A stretch of DNA of 64,000 nucleotides. It comes from Candidatus Altimarinota bacterium (lineage in GTDB: Bacteria > Patescibacteriota > Gracilibacteria > UBA1369). The stretch covers positions 960,001 to 1,024,000 of the forward strand of contig OY782391.1 of assembly GCA_963677745.1 (NCBI GenBank), read 5' to 3'. The notes under the pieces are model-generated. The model saw only the letters and a list, made by a program, of their open reading frames with translations, ran no database searches and had not been told where the DNA came from. This document shows positions 19,891 through 30,700 of the stretch, one piece after another (the first letter of the stretch is position 1; every line of letters starts with the position of its first letter). A program made the translations under genes and the position numbers.

Positions 19891-19958
19891 GGTATTTTTT
19901 ATTTTGAAAAAGAGTCCTTATAGTAAAACGGGTCTTTGTCGTACGGAGCGGCCGGAAA

Positions 19959-21155
19959 TTATTTGGCGGCCGGCGCAGGTTTATTGCTGCATTGCTTGCC
20001 GAGAATATTGGCTGTGCATTTTTCCACTCTGGTCAGCGGAGTAAAGGTATCTTTGATAATTGTCTGGAGATCGTCCAGATTGGATTTTAGTTTATCCAGT
20101 CCCAAGCCCTGCACCTGGCGATATTTCAGATCATAGTTTGTTACATATTCCAGATCCAGTTCGCTGGTTCTGTCCCGGTCCTGAATCGTGTTCATATCCG
20201 CCGAGACCGATTGAAAGGTAATTGCCGGAAGTGCCGCTTTGCCCTCGCCATAAGAAAATGGAGCGTTTTCTTTGGCGGTATTGCTGATGCTTTCCCAGAC
20301 AGTTGCTTCCTGTGCGGGCTCCGCATTGACTCTGAGGTCGACCACTCTGTTGAAAAAATCTCCCAGTCCTTTTGAGCTGAAAACGGTGGCCAGTCCCGGA
20401 TTTTCCTTGACTCTCGTTTTCATTGCACTCCATCGTTTACTGGCTTTTTCGGCAAATCTTTTACCAAGGTTGTTGATGGTATCAATTGTGCTGCCGAAAT
20501 TATTGATTCTGTCCATCAGCTGTTCCAGGTTTGGATCGGTGCAGTTTCTGTAGCTTTCGATTTTACTTTCATATTTCTGAAAAAGTTTTTCAAACACCGT
20601 AGCAGCCTGTTGTTGGTCGAAATAGGCCATTTTATTGACAAACAAGTCCATGAATTTGGCTCTGACGTCATTTTTCCTTGCTACCTTCTGTTTCTTTTCC
20701 TCTTCTCCGTTTTTGGGATTGGCCGAAGGTGCGGTGTCGACAAAATGCCGCAAATAGTAAAGTTCAGCCGATAATTCATAATACTGAGCGGAGACCGTGG
20801 TGGTGGTCTTGTTGTCACAGACATAGAAAGCCTGACGGATCTGTTTACGCGCCTTGTCGATCCGGTTGAGCAGACTGTCGATGTCCATAAAACGGCAATA
20901 ATTTGTACTGTAACGGCTGTACCCGACGCCGGGAATGTCCAAAATGTCAGTCCAGTAATCCAGGAACCCTTCGCCATCAAAATCCAAACCGTTGGTCAGG
21001 AAATTGCTGAAATCCCGTTTGCAGAATAGCTGGGTCCCGCTGCCTGCATTATTTTCCAATCCCTGCGCTCTGACCGGATCGGCGGAAGGTACCAGCATCG
21101 CCAGTGTCAGCATCAGCGTAAAGAGGGTTTCTAATTTTATGGTGATTTTATTCAT
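19959..21155 (-). CDS. Secreted Cys-containing helical hypothetical protein (398 aa)
   Basis: Signal peptide (..PVRA-QG). Ends EKCTANILGKQCS... Start overlaps the upstream stop (TGATG). Confidence 0.88.
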   Translation of the reverse strand: MNKITIKLETLFTLMLTLAMLVPSADPVRAQGLENNAGSGTQLFCKRDFSNFLTNGLDFDGEGFLDYWTDILDIPGVGYSRYSTNYCRFMDIDSLLNRIDKARKQIRQAFYVCDNKTTTTVSAQYYELSAELYYLRHFVDTAPSANPKNGEEEKKQKVARKNDVRAKFMDLFVNKMAYFDQQQAATVFEKLFQKYESKIESYRNCTDPNLEQLMDRINNFGSTIDTINNLGKRFAEKASKRWSAMKTRVKENPGLATVFSSKGLGDFFNRVVDLRVNAEPAQEATVWESISNTAKENAPFSYGEGKAALPAITFQSVSADMNTIQDRDRTSELDLEYVTNYDLKYRQVQGLGLDKLKSNLDDLQTIIKDTFTPLTRVEKCTANILGKQCSNKPAPAAK

Positions 21156-22999
21156 CAGGTGCAGGCTTTTTTAGTATCAAGTTTTTCACAGGCCTTGGAA
21201 GAAACCAGTCCTGGAACGTCTTCGATCAGGGTTCTAATCTGTTTCTGGAAATTTTCAAAGAAATCATTCATGGCTTTCATTTCATCTTCCAGTGCTTTCA
21301 TGGAGTCCACTTCCGCGTAGGCATCCTTGGCAATCTCCGCCACCAGCATTTCCTGTGTTTCCGCGGACTGTTCGGCGGTCAGCGCCTGGCTGGTTTTATT
21401 CATGATCTCAGCCTGGGTGGCGCCATCCGGAGCGTTATTGATAACCACTTCCAGCATTCTTTGGGCCGTAGACATGATCGGAGTTTTGTTTCCCTTATTT
21501 GTCCCTTCTTTGGCCTCCAGCTGACGGCGTTTGATTTCACTGTAATTCCAGAGGCCGTTGACCTGTGCATATTTGTCCCATTCATCTGCAATATTGCCCA
21601 TATTGATCATTTCTTCTTTGGTCGGCGTGATCATCGGCACGATTGAGATGCTCACATTCATTCCCACCGATCTCAGGGCGTCGGCAGCGGAATTTTTACA
21701 GAGGGCGCTCTCCCCGAGATTACCTGTAGCCTTAGCCGGAATCAAACTGTGACCAATGGTTTTCTGTAATCCTTCATTGATGAACTGAACATGGCACTGA
21801 ATACAATTGTCAGTTTTCTGGAAGGATGCTGTAGCGGGCTTTTTGACAAAATCCAGGGAGATGCAGACGATATCGTCACACAGGGGAGGGGCGGAATAAT
21901 CACCCGGCGTGGCCGGAGTGAGAGGGGGCGCGGCCGGCGTCGAATCGACGGGGATATTTACATCCCCGGTACCGTTTCCCGAGCCCGTGCCGCCAGCACC
22001 GGCCGCGCCCGATCCAGTCCCCGATCCGGTCTGGCCGCTTCCCGCCTGACCGGAGGATTTTTCCACAAAAGTACTTTGCAGTTTGGGATTGGTGGCGGAG
22101 TCCTGCGAAAATTTTTCCAGGGCCTGATCTATATTCTGATTGGCAAAACACTGATTGGGATTGATTCCCCCGGCGAACAAATTGCTTTTATCTTCAATTT
22201 CGGCTGCAAAAGGATTGGGAGCGGGCTTGGCAGTGCCGGCTCCGCCGGCACCTGATCCGCCTGCGCCGGGCGTTTGTCCGGATGAACTTCCACCTCCCGC
22301 CGGGCCGCTGGTATCTACGGGAATATTGGTTTCCCCGGATGCTGGGGGGTTTTCTCCTCCCGCAGGCGTATCTTCCTCGGCATTGTATTGCCCGCCAAAA
22401 GTGACCAGATCATTTTTTTGAAAAAGAATTACCTCGATATTGTCCAGGTCTTTGATCAGATCAAAACCGCCTGAATTATCAGGATCGCCGTCGGCAAACA
22501 TCTCCGCCGGTTCAATTTTGGCGTTAATGGTAGCCTGTACGTCCTGGGTGTTCTTCTTGTCGTTATAGGTGGCAATCATGCCGTTATAAATATTCACGGC
22601 ATCGTCTATCCTCATCATCGGCGATTTTTCCAGAATCGGGGTGATATCTCCCCCCAGAATCAGCGACATTCTTTCGGGAGGAATACCGTACTGGGCGGCA
22701 GTTTGCTTGATGGCTTCACCCATTGGATTGGTCTGGGTCTTATTGTAAATCATCAGATATAAATTCTGTCCGACCTCATCCGGTGTGGTCGCTCCAAAGC
22801 TTTTACCCCAATCCAGGCCTTTATTGCCCTTCTCCCTCAAAGCATATTCCAGCCTGTCCGTCACCATACAGGCGGGATCTTTCAGCACATTGCAGGACTG
22901 GTCCTGCGGGGACTCTTCATCCGCCGCCAGGCCCAGCCAGGGGTGCAGGGGGGCACTCAGGAACATCAGTAAGCCAATTGTATAAAGCATTTTTTTCAT
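21155..22999 (-). CDS. Secreted Cys-containing hypothetical protein with Gly/Ser/Pro linkers (614 aa)
   Basis: Signal peptide; LCDDIVC and NCIQCH; ends KACEKLDTKKACT. TAATG overlap with the upstream gene. Confidence 0.88.
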   Translation of the reverse strand: MKKMLYTIGLLMFLSAPLHPWLGLAADEESPQDQSCNVLKDPACMVTDRLEYALREKGNKGLDWGKSFGATTPDEVGQNLYLMIYNKTQTNPMGEAIKQTAAQYGIPPERMSLILGGDITPILEKSPMMRIDDAVNIYNGMIATYNDKKNTQDVQATINAKIEPAEMFADGDPDNSGGFDLIKDLDNIEVILFQKNDLVTFGGQYNAEEDTPAGGENPPASGETNIPVDTSGPAGGGSSSGQTPGAGGSGAGGAGTAKPAPNPFAAEIEDKSNLFAGGINPNQCFANQNIDQALEKFSQDSATNPKLQSTFVEKSSGQAGSGQTGSGTGSGAAGAGGTGSGNGTGDVNIPVDSTPAAPPLTPATPGDYSAPPLCDDIVCISLDFVKKPATASFQKTDNCIQCHVQFINEGLQKTIGHSLIPAKATGNLGESALCKNSAADALRSVGMNVSISIVPMITPTKEEMINMGNIADEWDKYAQVNGLWNYSEIKRRQLEAKEGTNKGNKTPIMSTAQRMLEVVINNAPDGATQAEIMNKTSQALTAEQSAETQEMLVAEIAKDAYAEVDSMKALEDEMKAMNDFFENFQKQIRTLIEDVPGLVSSKACEKLDTKKACT

Positions 23000-24039
23000 T
23001 AACTACATTTGGTTGTGGTGGCGTCAATAAACCGGATCGGGAAGGCATCGGTCTGTTTGCGGATTTCCACCAGGTGGTCACGGTATTTGACCAGTTCCGC
23101 AAAAGTATCCATGTACTTCACATGCATCTGCCAGGCTGAGCGCAGCTGACTGTAGGCGTCCAAAGTCTGGTCCAGAGCTGTTTTGGCGCGGGCAATTTCC
23201 TCATCGATAAATTTGATTCTGGCGGCCGTCGAATCAGCCGCATCGGTCAGAGTGAAAGTTGCGTTCGATAGAGCGCTCTTGCCAGCCGATTTCCACCATT
23301 GTATCTTGTTTATTTCATAATATAATTTGTTCTGCAGTTTGGTCTTTTTTTCCATGTCTTTCTCATCAATGACCTGTTTATTCAGCCGGCAGATGGTTTT
23401 ATCTTTCATCATGGCGGCCAACTTGGGATTGTTGCACTTATTCAGAATTGACTGGGGAGTGCTGTCATAGAGGGCGTCCCGCTTCAGATCCAGTGCCGCT
23501 TTGTAGCAGAAATAACTGTATCTCAGCTGGCTGATTCTCTTCACCCCCTCATAATCGTAATTGGCAAATTTGGTGGATGGCACTCCCAGCAGCGTTACCC
23601 CTATACAAAAGGGATGGGTAGCCGGGGAATCCGTTGTATTGACCGGATTGCAGACCGCGATGGAGCGGCAGGTCATATCATTGGTTTCTTTACCATTAGC
23701 GTTTTTGCAGAGTCCTCCGCCCCGCGTTGGATATTCTTCCAGACTGGGGGAGGGAACTTCCGCCACCAGATCCTGACCGCCTTCCGTGGCTGATTTCATG
23801 ATCTTCAGAATCTGTTCGTTGAAATAATCATTGGTTTTCTCGGTATACATATTGGCGAGGTCCGAAACGTCCATGTCATTGACCAGTCCGTCAAAACAGA
23901 ACTTCTCTACAAAACCCCGCGAATCCGTGGGAGGAGTTTGATCGTCATCGGCGCTTTTGCCCGTGGTCGCACCAACCACCATCAAGACAGCCATTGATGC
24001 CAGTAAAACCGTTGATGTGTAGAGAATTTTATTTTTCAT
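22999..24039 (-). CDS. Secreted/membrane-anchored Cys-rich hypothetical protein (346 aa)
   Basis: N-terminal hydrophobic segment, 9 Cys, C-terminal helices ending TTTKCS. ATG at 24039 overlaps the upstream TGA. Confidence 0.88.
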   Translation of the reverse strand: MKNKILYTSTVLLASMAVLMVVGATTGKSADDDQTPPTDSRGFVEKFCFDGLVNDMDVSDLANMYTEKTNDYFNEQILKIMKSATEGGQDLVAEVPSPSLEEYPTRGGGLCKNANGKETNDMTCRSIAVCNPVNTTDSPATHPFCIGVTLLGVPSTKFANYDYEGVKRISQLRYSYFCYKAALDLKRDALYDSTPQSILNKCNNPKLAAMMKDKTICRLNKQVIDEKDMEKKTKLQNKLYYEINKIQWWKSAGKSALSNATFTLTDAADSTAARIKFIDEEIARAKTALDQTLDAYSQLRSAWQMHVKYMDTFAELVKYRDHLVEIRKQTDAFPIRFIDATTTKCS

Positions 24040-24701
24040 CAAATGCAGGTCTTAAGATAACAGGGCATTTTTTCCTCAAAAGTGCGGATATTGATCACCA
24101 TTTTCATGATATCCAGATCCAGTGATCGCAGTTTGGAGTTGATCTGTTTATATTTCTCCACAAACACCGAGGTTTTTTTGATGCTGGAAGTGGTATAGGC
24201 ACGCATTTCCAGGAGTTTTGAGGCATTATCGATATATTCCGCGGCTTTGGCTTCGCACTCCGACAGGCCGGGGAACTGGGCGGCATTGGCGGCCCCCGAT
24301 TGGGCGGCCGCGGCCAGCTGGCTTCCCACCAGAATTTCCAGCTGGCCCCTGATATTCTTTTTGAGCAGTTCATAGCGCTCTATGCCCTTTTTCAGAAGCG
24401 AACTGGTGGCACTTTTATTTTTAAAATTGTCCTCCATGAAGGTTTGATAGCTCTCAAATTCGGGATCTGCATATTTGGTTAATTCATAAATACAGATCTG
24501 CGGTGTTATGGCGTTTTTGTTGGCAGCGGTTCCTTCCACCACAGTAATCGGGGTGTCGGAAGCGGGTGGGGTGGTCTCGTCGGCCTGACTGACATAACCT
24601 GTGCCAAGGGCATTGCCCAAAAACAGCAGCAACATCAGATTAATGGTAATTACTACCGGATGAAGCAATCTTTTACTGTTTGTATTGGTTTTATTTTTCA
24701 T
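24039..24701 (-). CDS. Secreted Cys-containing helical hypothetical protein (220 aa)
   Basis: Signal peptide (..VSQA-DE). Ends KMPCYLKTCI. Confidence 0.88.
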   Translation of the reverse strand: MKNKTNTNSKRLLHPVVITINLMLLLFLGNALGTGYVSQADETTPPASDTPITVVEGTAANKNAITPQICIYELTKYADPEFESYQTFMEDNFKNKSATSSLLKKGIERYELLKKNIRGQLEILVGSQLAAAAQSGAANAAQFPGLSECEAKAAEYIDNASKLLEMRAYTTSSIKKTSVFVEKYKQINSKLRSLDLDIMKMVINIRTFEEKMPCYLKTCI

Positions 24702-24710
24702 CTTCTTGTT

Positions 24711-24719
24711 ATTCTAGCA
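24711..24719 (-). promoter_or_regulatory. Possible internal extended -10 promoter for the four accessory genes
   Basis: TGCTAGAAT on the minus strand, 9 nt before the ATG at 24701. Confidence 0.35.
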
Positions 24720-24747
24720 TATTTTGGCTTTTAATTCAGCCTTGGTA

Positions 24748-27700
24748 CTATTCGCCGTATTCTTTTATTTCCTTGATTTCCACCAGGTTGCTTTCGCTGA
24801 ATATCTCACTGTTATTGTCATTGGAAATTACTCCGATCAGTTTGTCTCCCACGATCAGGTCGGCGGTATGGTCGATGGCCGATGGGCAGGGGCAGCTGGC
24901 ACAGGGTTCGGGAATTACATACACTCCCTCACCCAGATCCTTTCGGGGATCGATCAGATCGTCGGCCGGATTAAGCGGGTCAGTGCCGCGTTTAACCTCC
25001 ATGCCGTCTTTGATACCTCCCCCGTCCGTATCGGGATTGAGAGGATCTGTCTTATAGATATCGGTTTCTTCCTGGTCTCCCAGGCCGTCTCCGTCCGTAT
25101 CGCGGTCATCCAGCCGGTTGAGCGGATTGGTTCCGTTTTTAAGAACTTCATCTCCGTCCTTTACGCCGCCTTTGTCGGTGTCGGCATCGTTGGGACTGGT
25201 TTTATATTTATTTATTTCATCCTGGTCGGAAAGGCCGTCGCCGTCAGCATCCAAATAGTCGTCTGAAGGATCGAGCGGATTAGTATGTCTGTCCAGAACT
25301 TCCACACCGTCCCAGATCCCGCCTTTATCTGTATCGGCCAGCCAGGGATCCGTACCGAATTTATATTCCTCCAGATTGACCAGCCGGTCTTTGTCCGGAT
25401 CATCGTCGGCATCGCTGGGATCAAGATAATCCAGATTATGTTGTTTCTCCCAGAAATCCGGCATGCCGTCGCCGTCGGTGTCAATCAGTGAACAGTCATA
25501 GGCCAGCAGGACCCTGTCGGCCAGTTTAATAAATTCGCCGCGATTCAGATCGGCTTCGGGATTCACGGCTTCCTCCGCCGTCAAAAGATAGTTGGATTTA
25601 AGAGTTTTACCGGGTTTGATGACGGTGGTCAGATTCTGGGCGATCTGCAGATAGGGGACATAATATGGTTCGGTCAGAGGGACTTTATCTAGGCTGATCA
25701 GTCCTTCCCGCTCCAATGCTTCCAGAATAATTTTCACGGCCTCGGCCTTGCTGATAGTGGCATCCGGGGCAAAGGGTGTCTTTCCTGAAACTTTATCGAT
25801 AAGTCCGCGGTAACCGGTAATGAATCCCTGGAAATAAGCTTCCTTGGTGGCGGCATAATACCAGGGCGGGGCCACACCTTCCTGATAAGGAATATCAGTA
25901 AAGACAGCTGGTCCGATTTTGGCTTCGGGGCGGGGCACTATACAGAAAGTATCCAGTATGACTTTGGCGAATTCCGAACGCAGAATCGGTTCGTCAAAAC
26001 CGAATTTGACCCGGTTGCCGGAAGGAATGCCTTTCAGTATTCCTCTCTGGAAGAAATTCAGGATGCTTTGATAATAAGGATTATTCTTATCCACATCGCT
26101 GAAAGGTGACGTAGCTGCTGCATTCGGATCAGTGCCGAAAACTTTTTCAAATGAATCGGGATATCCGTCGCCGTCACTGTCCGCCAGCAGCGGATTGGTG
26201 CCGGCCAGATATTCCTCCAGATTGGACAGTCCGTCCTGGTCGGAATCTTCGTCGGCATCCGCAGCATTGTCGATATTCAGGCCGTATTGCTGTTCCCACA
26301 GGTCGGGCATGCCGTCCTTGTCGGTATCGAAATCGGGGCCTTTATTGGATGACGCTCCCACAAACAACTGGAAGCTGGCTGGATCAAGAATAGTAATCGG
26401 CTTTTTATAACTGAAGGAAATGTAAAACTCGGCAATCACCGCGGTGGAATTATCGGGCTTTTGCAGAACCACCTGGAAAATCATCGGATCTTTCAGAGCG
26501 CTGGCGCTCTTCAGGGCCAGTTTGATGCGCGGATCATAAATGTAAAAATTTCCGCCGGAATCCAGAACGGCCACTCTTTTTAGCGAGGATTTTTCCAGTA
26601 TTTCCACCCCTCCGGCAAATTTTTCCGCGTCACCCGGGATTTTTTTGATCTCAAAATCAGAGCTGCCGCCAGTCGACGAACCAAGCAGATCCTTAATGTG
26701 TACTCCTTTGAACAGCAGTACGGATGGCCCCGTATAAACCACCTCCGGGCCGTCAACCACCACGTCGGTATTGGCATCAGATACCACAAACAGCGTGGCA
26801 ATGATTTTCCCCTGGGGATCTTTGACCACTACCCGAGTCGGCAGCAGGGGTTCTTCCGCCGGCAGTGCTTCCACCGAATAAAGAGGATTTTTCAAAATCA
26901 CCCGGCCCGTCTTTGGATCTATCTCCGCCACTACCTCGCCCTTTTCATTCTTTATGACTACCGTGTCATTTAAATTTAGATCGTTGACGGAGAACTTTCC
27001 TTCCGCATTGCTAAAGTATTTGCCGTTGGCATTGGCGGACAGGGTATGCAGAGCCTCCTTGACGCCTGCGCGATCCCTCAGCAGCGAGATTGGCATTTGG
27101 TCTTCGACCGGATCAAGCGAACCGCTGACAGTTTCTCCTTCCCCGTTTTGTTTGATCTGGAGAGTGGCGGATTGTTCGTCCAGGGAGATTTTTGGAACAT
27201 AAATTTCTATATCGATTTGCTGTTGGCCGGTATTATTGGACTGATCAACTACATTCAGCATCACCTGCCGGGGATTCAGATCTTTATAAGGTCCCAGTGT
27301 GAATACCGGATCATCCAAATCGTCATAGGCCAGACCGTTGCCGTCGCTGTCCACCCCGGGATTAATGTCATGTCCCAGGTTTCTGTCATTGGTCGGGTTG
27401 CCGTCGCCGTTGGAATCGTAAGTCAGGTCAGTATCGATGTAGTAACTCATTATTTTCCCGAAAGTGTCGAAAGATCTGCCGGTGTCGACGGTCAAAGTTT
27501 TGAAAATGGCGACTTTCCTCAGGCTCGGTCCGGCCACGGGTAAAGGCACCTGACGGTCCGAACAAATATTGGGTGACAGTGGAACCGCCGCCGTCTGCAG
27601 ACTGCGGAATCCAGTCCGGTCAAAAGACCTCACCACGGCATAATAAAAACCGTTGGGCAGGTTGAGCGTGATGGCGGGATTAGCAGGATCATCCAACACC

Positions 27701-30700
27701 CCGATCTGCATATTTTGTTCCGCATCAACCCTGGTATAGGCCTCCTGTGGCAATTTGATCAGGGCACTTCCGTCGCCCACCGATTCGTAGCGTGTATTCA
27801 GTTCGATCTTTGCACCCGGTAACAGTTTCTGATTTTCAACGGTGGAAGAGGGCGTGATGATGGTAACGGAACCGCTTTCCACCTTTATTTCCAGCTGCGC
27901 GCCAAAACTGTCGGGCAGTGAAATCAATTCACGGGCGGACATTTTCTTTTTAGCCATTTCCTGTCCGTCCGACCAGACCTGCAGCACGCTGTCCTGGGAA
28001 GCAAAAATCTGTTCTCCGGCCGAGAGCAAATATCTTTCGCTGCCCCCCGGCAGTATTTTTTGCTGCGGTCCGGTGAAGACTACTTCCCCGCTGACTTCGG
28101 CAGCCACCATTTCATAGAGTTGCGAGGCCGGGAATTCATAAGCATTTTCTTCGGCCTGCAGTACCGAATTGGTCAGCATTCCGCCGGTTGATTCCTGGGA
28201 ATTCAGATATACGTATTTGGACAAACCGGAGGCTTTCAGGTCATTGATAACGCCCTTATAGGCCACACCGCCCAGTTTCGGTCCGACAATCAGTTCATAG
28301 CCGGTGGAATCGGCGGCGGTGATGGCGCTCCAGGTCAAATCCAGAGTCTGGTTGCCGGTAAAGGTAGCCAGCAGTCCGCTGACCGATCTTTCCGCCGGAA
28401 CCAGTTCCTCCAGATCATAATACTTGGGCATCCCCCCATAGAATTTCCCGATTTTGCCGGTGGTTTTGTAATTTTCTTTCAGATAGACATTGCTGCCGAA
28501 AGAATAAACCAGATCTTTGTCTGTGTCCCCGTTCACATCCACAAAATTCATGGTGGAAGGCAGGGAAAGCTCATCTTCGTAACTGATCAGTTTTTCATTG
28601 ATTTGTTGGGCTTCATTATAGATAAACATCCCTTTGCTGACCGGTTTTGACTGCAGGGAAGCTGGCAGGCCGGAATTCGCCGTCAAATCGTCCATGCTCG
28701 GCACTTTGGCATAAGTCTTCTTTTCGGAAGCCATCATGGTGCCCTCCGCATAGCCCGATTTGACCAGCAGGTCGGAGATGCCGGGTAATTTGGCGGTCAA
28801 AGTGGCAAATTTGGACAGGTCATTGCTGGCCAGCAGTTGTTCATCAATTTTTTGATTTTCCCGGGCATAGGCAAACAGATTTTGACGGAGATTAGCCAGT
28901 TTTTTGGTTTCATCAAAGCCGTCTCCCAGTGCCAGCATCACTCCGTCATAATCAAAATTCTGTAAATTCTCCAGTGATTTATTGACCGAGCTGTCGGTCG
29001 GATTGATCACGGTTGCTCCGGCTACCAGTTTGATATCCTGAAAATCCCTGTCGATAATCTCACGGTAGCGGGCGGATTCCGCCTCCAGTTCCTTGCTGAC
29101 TGTCATCAGTCCGGCAATCGATTCGGCCAGCTGCGGCGAAAATGCGGCAAACTCACGGGCCAAAGACTGATCTGAGGAAAGCTGGGTTTGTAGATCGGCG
29201 GGCAGATAGTTCAGAAGGGCGTTGTTGCCGGCATTTCCCTCAGGCATATTGTTTTGCATGGTCGCATTGGCTGCGGCGGCCGACGCGGCCGCCGCATTTT
29301 CGATTCCCTTGGTAAGAGAGTTGGCTGTCTCGGAAAAGGTAGTCGAGACTTTATTCAGATTGTTGGCCACCAATTGAACCATGTCATAAATAGTGGTGAA
29401 TTGCAGTGCCTTGTTGAGGTTGATCTTCACGGTCAATACAATCCTGTCCACATAATCATAACTGATATTGGGAAGTTGGAAGGCCAGTCCCAAATCAAAT
29501 GGCAGAAGCGGATCCAGACCGCGTTCCGTCATGTGTTCGACGGTGGACTTCAAGACATTTTCATTGGTGGGAATAAATCCTTTTTTGATCAGACACAATA
29601 TTTTGAAAATCTTTTTCAGTATGCTGATGGTCGCCTTGATCGCGCCCGGAAGTGCCGGAATCTTGGGTGGAGGGGGCAGATTGGGCAAAGCCGGGATGAT
29701 CAGCGGCGGCAAATCGGGAAGTTCCGGCAGACTGAAGGACAGATCGGGCAAGACCGGGATCTCCGGCAGGGTAATCTGGAAAGTTGGTAATTCCGGCAGC
29801 ACGATTCTGGGAAGTTTGGGCAGAACCAGTTTTTCCGGTCTGAATTTAATATCCGGGAAGAGTATGGTAATACCCATTTGCACCTGTGAAAAATCCAGAT
29901 AAATATCGGGAAGTTTGGGAAAGGGGATAATGGGCGGGCTGGGAATAAAAGCAAATAGTTTTAAAATCAGCTCCAGCAGGGTGAAACGGGCCGAACTGCA
30001 CTTATCGCAGGAAGTCTGGTAATCGATAATCAAATCGAACATCATCTTCCAGGTGGCAATTGTTTCTACCAGCTTGGCCACGGCATCTACCCAGCCATAA
30101 GCCTGGTCCAGCCACTTGGCAATATTTCCCACGAAAAACTGTACTATGGCATCGATATAACAAATCACCTGAGAAACATATTTGGTCAGCATATTTCTCC
30201 AGGCCAGCAGTTGTCTGGGTAATTTCTTATACCCCTCAAGCACTTCGATATTTTTTTCCACCGACTGAATCAGCTTGGTCATGTCGGCGGTAAAGATGTC
30301 GCACACCTTGGCGTAAGGACGGTCACCGTAGACTATCACAGTCTTGCCTTCCGCGTCGGTGGTTTCATAACCGGGGACTTTTCCTCCTCCGCCGTTCGGA
30401 TCATCCACCATCTCCTTGAAAGGTCCGCATTTCCACACGGCCAGGGCTCTTTCCAGCTCATATTTTTCATCCTGCACCCATTGCTTGGCATCATTGATGA
30501 AACGTTCTATTTCTCCGGGAGTAAGCGAAGGTATCTTGATAATTACTTCCTGAGGCACTATGGAAAGAAGCGGGAATTGATTGATTTTATTGAGTACCCC
30601 CCTCAGTCCGCTTGGATTTACCGGTTCGTCTTTGACTCTCAGATTTCCCTCTTTCAGATCGCTGATAACCTTGCCGGCATCCTGGAATGGCGCCCAGACC

